DNA of 55,909 nucleotides from a virus (Duplodnaviria; Caudoviricetes): IMG/VR virus record IMGVR_UViG_3300042898_004255, positions 1 to 55,909 of that record; one strand, 5' to 3'. Shown piece by piece: positions 49,280 to 55,909 of this stretch (position 1 is its first letter; each line of letters starts with the position of its first letter). The notes under the pieces were generated by a model. It saw only the letters and a program-made list of their open reading frames with translations, ran no database searches and was not told where the DNA came from. The position numbers and the translations under genes were made by a program.

Positions 49280-50154
49280 CCCATTATCTGTTTTATTCTC
49301 CTTATTTCGTTTAACATTGACTGGTAGTTATCAGGTATTAATGGGATAGAGTCTGTTGATTCACTATTATACCTATTTATCTGTTTATTTATTAATCTAT
49401 AATCAACACCATTTTGTAATAATGTTTTCTTTATTAATTCTTTTCTTTCTATGTAAATATTAAAATATAAAAGGATAAATAGAGCATATATGTCATCACC
49501 ATTTAATTCTTTACCTTTTGTTTCAATAATTTTTGTCGCGATTTCATAACGTTCACTAAACGATAAATATTCAAGTAAATTTCCAATATCTTTACTATTT
49601 AATTTTTCACCTTTTATTTCAATAATTTTTGTTGCCGATTTTTTATTGCTTGAGAATAACATTATAGTTTTTAAATTATCACTATCTAATTTTTCACCAA
49701 ATTTTTCAATAAGTTTTGTTGCAATATCGTCTGTATTAGAATATTTAACAACCATTAAAGTACGTATCTCAGAATCACTTAATTCACCTTTTACTTCAAT
49801 AATTTTTGTAGCAATATCATCTTTATTATCTGAATTATTAATTAAATAATATATATTAATATATTCTAATTCTTTACCTTTTGTTTCAATAATTTTTGTT
49901 GCGATAAGGTCTTTATTCTCTGAATATTTAAGTAAATCTTGAATATTGTAATGACTTAATTTTACACCTTTTATTTCAATATAGTTAATTCTTTGATTAT
50001 CATTTATTACTTGAAATTCCCAATCTTCATATCCAACAACACCTCTCATTCTAATATAAGATTTTTGCAATGATTGGGATAATTGTTTATATTGTTTCTC
50101 AGTAATTTGTGATCCAGTGTTCACATATCTATTTAATACTTCTGAATGTTTCAT
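49276..50154 (-). CDS. Variable helical-repeat protein, array member 3 (5 internal repeats)
   Basis: Same modules. Confidence 0.85.
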   Translation of the reverse strand: MKHSEVLNRYVNTGSQITEKQYKQLSQSLQKSYIRMRGVVGYEDWEFQVINDNQRINYIEIKGVKLSHYNIQDLLKYSENKDLIATKIIETKGKELEYINIYYLINNSDNKDDIATKIIEVKGELSDSEIRTLMVVKYSNTDDIATKLIEKFGEKLDSDNLKTIMLFSSNKKSATKIIEIKGEKLNSKDIGNLLEYLSFSERYEIATKIIETKGKELNGDDIYALFILLYFNIYIERKELIKKTLLQNGVDYRLINKQINRYNSESTDSIPLIPDNYQSMLNEIRRIKQIMG

Positions 50155-50852
50155 CTCATTATTTCTTTTATCCTTCTTATTTCATTTAACATTTCTTGGT
50201 AGTTATCAGGTATTAATGGGGTATCTATTTTATAATTTGTTATCTTATAATTTATTTCTTTATAATCAACACCATTTTGTAATAATAATTTCTTTATTAA
50301 TTCTTTATCTTTTGAATATTCAAGTAAATATTTATATTCATTAAAAATTATTTCATCATCTTTTTCATTAATAATTTTTATCGCAATATCATCTTTATTA
50401 ACTGAATATTTAAGTAAATTATATATTTCACCATTATTTAATTCATAACCCATTTTTTCAATAATTTTCGTAGCAATAAGGTCTTTATCATTTGAATATT
50501 GAAGTAGAACCTCTACTACACCTAAATGTGTTTTAATAACACTCATGTCAAAGAAATGTAATGTTGTACTATCTTTTACCTTGATAATTTTTGTTATAAT
50601 AAGGTCTTTATCTTTTGAAGATTCAAGTAATGAATATATTTCATCAAAACCATTTAACTTATTACCTTTTTTTTCTATATATTTAATTCTTTCATCATCG
50701 GTTAAATATATAAATTCCCAATCTTCATATCCAACAACACCTCTCATCCTCATATAAGATTTTTGCAATGATTGAGATAACTGTTTATATTGTTCCTCTG
50801 GAATTTGTGATCCAGTATTTACATATCTATTTAATACTTCAGAATATTTCAT
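50151..50852 (-). CDS. Variable helical-repeat protein, array member 2 (3 internal repeats)
   Basis: Same modules. Confidence 0.85.
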   Translation of the reverse strand: MKYSEVLNRYVNTGSQIPEEQYKQLSQSLQKSYMRMRGVVGYEDWEFIYLTDDERIKYIEKKGNKLNGFDEIYSLLESSKDKDLIITKIIKVKDSTTLHFFDMSVIKTHLGVVEVLLQYSNDKDLIATKIIEKMGYELNNGEIYNLLKYSVNKDDIAIKIINEKDDEIIFNEYKYLLEYSKDKELIKKLLLQNGVDYKEINYKITNYKIDTPLIPDNYQEMLNEIRRIKEIMR

Positions 50853-51340
50853 CCCATTATCTGTTTTATTCTCCTTATTTCATTTAACATTTCTTGATAA
50901 TTATCCGGTATTAATTGGGTATCAAAATTACCTCTACTTATTACATCGTTTATTAATTTATAATCAACACCATTTTGTAATAATGTTTTCTTTATTAATT
51001 CTTTATCTTTTGAATATTGAAGTAATCGTTTTAAACCACTTTCAGTAATACCTCCTTTATAGATCATATCGATAATTTTTGTTATGATAAGGTCTTTATT
51101 TTCTGAATATTTAAGTAAATTTTCTACATCATCACTACCTAAATGTTCAGGGTCTTTTTCAATAAGTTTAATTCTTTGGTCATCATGAGTTAAATATTTT
51201 AATTCCCACCAATCATAACCAATAATTTCTCTCATTCTCATATAAGATGTTTGCAATGATTTTGGTAAACGATTATATTGTTTCTCACGAATTTGTGTTC
51301 CAGTATTTACATATCTTTTTAATACTTCAGAATATTTCAT
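50849..51340 (-). CDS. Variable helical-repeat protein, array member 1 (1 internal repeat)
   Basis: Same modules. Confidence 0.85.
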   Translation of the reverse strand: MKYSEVLKRYVNTGTQIREKQYNRLPKSLQTSYMRMREIIGYDWWELKYLTHDDQRIKLIEKDPEHLGSDDVENLLKYSENKDLIITKIIDMIYKGGITESGLKRLLQYSKDKELIKKTLLQNGVDYKLINDVISRGNFDTQLIPDNYQEMLNEIRRIKQIMG

Positions 51341-51359
51341 CTCATTATTTCTTTTTTTC

Positions 51360-52415
51360 TTACATATCTGAACTTCTCTCTAAAAAGAAATTAAATTGTT
51401 CGTCTGTTAATTGATGACCTTGGTCGATATATTGTCTTAAATAATAATTTTCTTTATCTGATTCAATTTCGGTTTCTGGTACTCTATAATTTGGATTATT
51501 CGGATTATCCAAACTTAATAGTGTATCTATATCACTTATTTGGTTCCTAACTAATTTATTTGTATATTTTTCCGCTTCAGTTAATTCAACAAATTCAAAC
51601 TTATCTGTATCAATACCCTTTGATTCTAAATATTTTAAATAAGCATCAACATCCTTACCATATTCTGCAATAAAACCACTAGTATTATTCTCGTCGGTTA
51701 AAATAATATGACGTGAAGGAATGGTATTTGTTTGTAAAACAACCATATGTAAAGGGTCATTCTTTTCGTCCATTCTATCTAAATCTAAAATAAAATAAAA
51801 CTTAGCACCATCTCTTGTCCTATATGTGTTATACATATTTGATACTGGTGAAGGATTCCCAATACAAAAACGATATGTTTTATTTGTTAATGCATGGGTA
51901 TATTTGATACAATCATTTTTTCCTCTTGCTTCATATATTTTAATATTATCACCTTCAAGAAATATTGGTAAATTTGTAACTTCTTCTTTTTTAAACGATA
52001 CATTATATTTTTTTGAGGTTAACGTCTGTGATAATCCATGAATTAATTCGGTAAATTCTATCCAATTATTTGGGGTAAATGTTTTTTCAACATTTTCTTC
52101 TTTTACCTCATTATTAACTACCGTTCTTTCTTTATATATTACAGTTAACTGATTAGAATTATAAGATTTTAAATTGATTTTTTGTTTAATAATCAAGTCA
52201 TTAAAATTATTTATTTCATTAATAATTAATTGATTATTTCCCTCACCATAAAAAAAACACATGATTGGAATATTCTTTTGGTTTTGGGACGTGTCTCCAT
52301 TCTTAAAATCATTTATGATATTTTCGATATCACTATCTGATACTCCTTTAGTTTTAAGAATTCTTTTTCCATCGTCTTCTGTTTGTTTACTTTCAAATAA
52401 AGTCATTAATTTCAT
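51360..52415 (-). CDS. MKLxxLFE-tagged protein with 'FC..YR..FYF' domain
   Basis: MKLMTLFES; FCIG...SNMYNTYR..GAKFYFILD is shared with 6397..8046; ends LRQYIDQGHQLTDEQF. Confidence 0.65.
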   Translation of the reverse strand: MKLMTLFESKQTEDDGKRILKTKGVSDSDIENIINDFKNGDTSQNQKNIPIMCFFYGEGNNQLIINEINNFNDLIIKQKINLKSYNSNQLTVIYKERTVVNNEVKEENVEKTFTPNNWIEFTELIHGLSQTLTSKKYNVSFKKEEVTNLPIFLEGDNIKIYEARGKNDCIKYTHALTNKTYRFCIGNPSPVSNMYNTYRTRDGAKFYFILDLDRMDEKNDPLHMVVLQTNTIPSRHIILTDENNTSGFIAEYGKDVDAYLKYLESKGIDTDKFEFVELTEAEKYTNKLVRNQISDIDTLLSLDNPNNPNYRVPETEIESDKENYYLRQYIDQGHQLTDEQFNFFLERSSDM

Positions 52416-52678
52416 AATTTTTTAATTTTTAGTTTTAAGTTATTTGTACCTTTTATTATTCTATGATATCTATTTTTAGGTATCATTAAAGATTTATTTT
52501 TTTTAAATTGAATTGGTAGTTCATTATCAAATTGAAAAAACCAATCAGATTCATCCTCACATAAAACAATTCTATCTTCCTCATCAAAATGCCATTTTAA
52601 TTCCATTTCAGATATATCTTCTGAAAATGTTCTAATATAAAATCCTTCTTCTATTTGTTCTTTAAATGGTAATTCCAT
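52412..52678 (-). CDS. Small cupin-like protein
   Basis: ELKWHFDEEDR...IPKNRYHRIIKG. Confidence 0.6.
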   Translation of the reverse strand: MELPFKEQIEEGFYIRTFSEDISEMELKWHFDEEDRIVLCEDESDWFFQFDNELPIQFKKNKSLMIPKNRYHRIIKGTNNLKLKIKKL

Positions 52679-52691
52679 ATTTTTTTATTTA

Positions 52692-53675
52692 CTACCAAGG
52701 ATTAGAAGATTTTATTCCTAATGCTTTTCTATATCTAGAAATATTACAACTCCAATATCCTGCGGTTGTCCTATCTTTTTTTTGGTCACATTTATGTCTA
52801 GCCCTAAATGATTTAGCCGCCGCTTTATTGTTATTACGTACTCTTAAATTAGGATCACCAAATGTTACTTTTTTAATAGTACCACTAGGTGTTTTTACAT
52901 ATACCGCAAATTTTTTCGGTCCACCTGGTGTTCTAAATGGTTTATTTAAATTTACTTTTTTACCTCTATGTTCTGCTTCAAATAAAAAATTTACCTTAAC
53001 AATATCTTCTTCTTCATTTAATATAAATGGGATATCAAGATAAACTTCAGTATTTTCGTATAATCCTGTTTTTCCTATATCTGTTTTTAATAATTCAATA
53101 TCCTCACCAAAAACTTCTAATATGTTTTTGTTCATTAATTCCCTAGATTCATTAAACAAGTCAAAAAACTTTTTAGAATAAACACGATAAACATTTTCAA
53201 TAAGTGGTTTTTCGTTTGTTATGTGGTAGTTTAAACCTTCACTTAACCTGTTTTTAGACTCATTGACAGACTTTAATCTAGGCGCAGAATAAGATTCAAT
53301 AATATCATAAAAGTCCGTTGAAACAGTCTTATTTTCATCAAATCGAGTAAATGTTGGTTTATTACCTGTTCCTACTTTAGGTTCTTTTTTTTCCGCTCTT
53401 CTTTTTTGTGCGGTCATTGATTTTTTTTCATCTTTATCATAAGAAGACGCAACTTTTGGCGTTTCTTTAGATACTTTTTTTGACGGTCGACATTTTGGAT
53501 ATGATTTACCGTCAGCGGTTTTTCTACCACATGGAGGATGTTTACCATCTACTTTCTTAGATACATCCACCCATTTTTCTTTAAACCACCTTCTTAGGTC
53601 TTCTTTAAGAATTAGACCATTCATTATTGATTCTTCAATGTATTTTAAATCTTCTTCGTTTACTAATATTTTCAT
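52692..53675 (-). CDS. Multi-domain basic protein, probable head-internal polyprotein
   Basis: LRRWFKEKWVD..PCGR..YPKCRP domain and LNKPFR..KKFAVYV..FGDP..ARHKC..AGYWSC domain separated by LxE sites. Confidence 0.7.
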   Translation of the reverse strand: MKILVNEEDLKYIEESIMNGLILKEDLRRWFKEKWVDVSKKVDGKHPPCGRKTADGKSYPKCRPSKKVSKETPKVASSYDKDEKKSMTAQKRRAEKKEPKVGTGNKPTFTRFDENKTVSTDFYDIIESYSAPRLKSVNESKNRLSEGLNYHITNEKPLIENVYRVYSKKFFDLFNESRELMNKNILEVFGEDIELLKTDIGKTGLYENTEVYLDIPFILNEEEDIVKVNFLFEAEHRGKKVNLNKPFRTPGGPKKFAVYVKTPSGTIKKVTFGDPNLRVRNNNKAAAKSFRARHKCDQKKDRTTAGYWSCNISRYRKALGIKSSNPW

Positions 53676-53682
53676 AATATTA

Positions 53683-54453
53683 TTAATTAATATAACAATT
53701 TAATTCATATTTTTCTTTCATACCATAAATCTGTATATGAAGAGCCTTTTTTTGTTCCTTATCATCTTTTTTCAAACTAATAGTGAAACGATTTGTATCA
53801 CCCTCTTTTGGTTTTTTTGGTCCCATACCTATTTCAGTCGCAACTTCTTCTTGGTCATATGTATAACCTTTTTTCTCTGCATATTCAAGTGCGGTATTAA
53901 CTGCTGAAGTATAACTTTTATGGTAAACATCATCATTATTATTCTTTTTTGATTCATTTACACTTTCATTAACTTTTTTTCTCCAAGTACCACCTTTTGA
54001 CTTATATCGTTTAGCTGCTGCACCATTACAATACGCACTTGGACAAACTTTATATTTTGATTTAGCCCATGCTAATGATGCTGCCCATAGTTTAGGGTTA
54101 TTTGGTTTATTTTTAGACTCATCAATTACTTCGTTTTCGTTTAAACTAAACGTATCCATATTTGGTTCTAAGTTTGAGTTCATTTTAGGTTCACTATTTA
54201 TTCTTTCAGTTTTATTCATTAAAAAATCAAAAACTTGGTCCATGTTATTTTTAGCTTCAGACACATGGTCATCCGCCCAATCATGGCCATCTTGTAAAAT
54301 ATTATCTACAATATTCTGATCCATTTTTAATAAAATTTCACACTGTCTATGGATTTGTTTTAAATTTTCAAAAAACATATAGTTTTCTTGTCCCATTGAG
54401 GATTCAGTTAAATTTTTTAACTGTTTTTTAATAATAATTTCAATATTCTTCAT
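53683..54453 (-). CDS. Multi-domain protein, probable head-internal polyprotein
   Basis: NYMFF..GHDWADDH domain; PKLW..AK.KY.V.PSAY..KRYK.KGG.W domain; C-terminal YHKSYTSAV domain. Confidence 0.7.
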   Translation of the reverse strand: MKNIEIIIKKQLKNLTESSMGQENYMFFENLKQIHRQCEILLKMDQNIVDNILQDGHDWADDHVSEAKNNMDQVFDFLMNKTERINSEPKMNSNLEPNMDTFSLNENEVIDESKNKPNNPKLWAASLAWAKSKYKVCPSAYCNGAAAKRYKSKGGTWRKKVNESVNESKKNNNDDVYHKSYTSAVNTALEYAEKKGYTYDQEEVATEIGMGPKKPKEGDTNRFTISLKKDDKEQKKALHIQIYGMKEKYELNCYIN

Positions 54454-54467
54454 TTTTTTTTATTTTT

Positions 54468-55844
54468 TTATTTTTCAGATATTATTTCAAATTTAACATA
54501 ATTGTGATAAAAAATTTCTTCAGTATATATCATCGCTTTAAATTCAATAAAATATTCTCTAGGTATCATATAAGACGTATCTAAGAAAAAAGAATTTTCT
54601 GTAGTAGTCATATCTATTTTAGTCCAATCATTAACAATAACATTTGTTTTACCTTCTTTTATGAATATTCTATAAAAGACATTTTCAAATAATTCTGATT
54701 TAGAAACTTCAATAGATTTAAAATATAGGATTATTTTTTTTAATTCTCCTCTTATTATTTTTTCATTTTGTTTGATACCTGAAAATTGAATAACATATTT
54801 TTGAGATTCAGTTGGGTTGGAACCAAAAGAATAATAACTTGAAAAAGGTTTTGGTATAAATTTTTGTGAGACATCAGTAATTGAAACTCCATCAATTGAT
54901 AAATTTTTCCATTTATCATAAAAAAATCTTTTACCATCACAAAGTTGTCCTGTTATCCCGAACGTAACTTTATAAATTCCTTTTCTAATTTTTGTGGTTG
55001 TCAAACCACTTAAATTATTTATTAATGATTCGGAACTATTTAAAACATCGACAGTAGGTAAATTATCTAAATCATAAAAATTACCACCTTTAGTGACATA
55101 TAAATAAAGATTATTTTGTTTTTCAGTAATGAAATTTTGTCTATTATCTACTATAGTGTCATTAAAGACAGTCTCAATAAATGGTTCGTAAAAAGTTTGT
55201 GTATATTTTGTAAAGAATGAAACCGATTGGTCATATTCATCATTTATATCTTGATATAAAACTGCAAAGGCTAAACCTAATCCATGGTTAGTATTTCCTG
55301 AAACGACAATACTATTAACATAATCTGTAATATCAGCTTCAATATTTTCATTACCGTTATCAAAATGAATAGTAGATATTATGGTTGGTGTAGTTTGATA
55401 AACACCTGGTGTTGTCCATTGATTTAAAGTCGTTCGATTATACCAATTTGATGGTCGTTCGTCATATGTTTTATTACCAATAGTAAAGTCATAACCACCG
55501 TCTTCATAATCGAAACCTACACCTTCGTCCCAATTCTCAAGAATTTTAAAAATAATTAAATCAAATGATGTTGTTCGTTGTCTACCGGTATTTCTTTTTT
55601 CACCAATCAATTTTGGGTCCCCAAATATTGTATTAGTCATTTTTAAATAATGTCTAGTATTTGTATTAATTACTAAATCACCATTTTCAACTTTTGTAAT
55701 TAAATCACTAAAATCAACTTTAAATAAAAATTTGGAAAAACTTGAACCGTAAAAAATTTCAGTTGTAGGATTTTTAGCAGTGTTAACCGCATAATTTTTT
55801 ATTATTGTGTTATTTTTTTCAAAATACGAACGGAAATAAGACAT
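54468..55844 (-). CDS. Probable virion structural protein (DNRLRE-like beta domain)
   Basis: WDEGVG, SNW..RTT..QWTTPG, ADITDYV..., NHGLGL, FFTKYTQT.YEP; TATTTATA upstream (55863-55856). Confidence 0.6.
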   Translation of the reverse strand: MSYFRSYFEKNNTIIKNYAVNTAKNPTTEIFYGSSFSKFLFKVDFSDLITKVENGDLVINTNTRHYLKMTNTIFGDPKLIGEKRNTGRQRTTSFDLIIFKILENWDEGVGFDYEDGGYDFTIGNKTYDERPSNWYNRTTLNQWTTPGVYQTTPTIISTIHFDNGNENIEADITDYVNSIVVSGNTNHGLGLAFAVLYQDINDEYDQSVSFFTKYTQTFYEPFIETVFNDTIVDNRQNFITEKQNNLYLYVTKGGNFYDLDNLPTVDVLNSSESLINNLSGLTTTKIRKGIYKVTFGITGQLCDGKRFFYDKWKNLSIDGVSITDVSQKFIPKPFSSYYSFGSNPTESQKYVIQFSGIKQNEKIIRGELKKIILYFKSIEVSKSELFENVFYRIFIKEGKTNVIVNDWTKIDMTTTENSFFLDTSYMIPREYFIEFKAMIYTEEIFYHNYVKFEIISEK

Positions 55845-55909
55845 GTTTTTTATTATATAAATATGTCGTTAGTTGATTCTAATTGACTTATTTAATAATT
55901 GAGACTCTA

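Larger units (their letters stand above)
46753..51355 (-). repeat. Tandem array of six paralogous genes with near-identical junction blocks
   Basis: Each junction reads ...aaagaaataatg(a/g)gATGAaa(t/c)attctgaagtattaa..., with stop/start overlap ATGA. Confidence 0.95.

Noticed and set aside
46753-51340. Diversity-generating retroelement or CRISPR array as the explanation for the repeats
   Set aside because: No reverse transcriptase or cas gene in the window. Variation is not adenine-restricted, and the repeats are in-frame coding units of variable length, not constant repeats with unique spacers.
5554-54940. Many short antisense or alternate-frame ORFs in the track (e.g. 5554, 7453, 9284, 11720, 23353, 25741, 29785, 30637, 33296, 35140, 43263, 45271, 52666)
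   Set aside because: They lie wholly within well-supported genes, have shadow-like composition (Phe/Ser/Leu-rich) and no motifs.
1-55909. Stop-codon reassignment as seen in some large phages
   Set aside because: Conserved genes are full length in the standard code, and TAA, TAG and TGA all serve as stops.

Overview
Very AT-rich, gene-dense fragment of a large (jumbo-type) T4-like tailed phage. It contains a complete head module: large terminase, gp20-like portal, gp21-like prohead protease, acidic scaffold and gp23-like major capsid protein (37068-45882). A Bacteroidota host is indicated by several TTTG-N20-TAnnTTTG promoters and by signal peptides that end before Gln. Accessory genes include a PG-binding/GH19 endolysin, holin-like proteins, a ClpC-type ATPase with no N-domain, Hsp20, KTSC, a nucleotidyltransferase, dCMP deaminase and glycosyltransferases. 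Non-coding elements are a tmRNA with a non-canonical tag, an ~800-nt highly structured GOLLD-like RNA and three short structured intergenic elements. The most striking system has two linked parts. (1) More than 20 unrelated proteins share short terminal peptides: MKIIITESQL-type and MKLxxL(F/M)xE-type N-termini, or an E-I-x-R-I-K-x-I-M helix that resembles the C-termini of the scaffold and protease. These peptides are flanked by (L/I)-x-E sites, and I infer they act as capsid-targeting, protease-cleaved 'zip codes'. (2) An eight-member family of variable ~31-aa helical-repeat proteins carries that C-terminal tag. Six sit in a tandem ATGA-coupled array (46753-51340), and two are fused to an ADP-ribosyltransferase-like domain (13880-17643). 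The family shows signs of module shuffling and may be a diversifying, virion-delivered binder/effector repertoire. All family assignments come from motif recognition by eye; no database searches were run.
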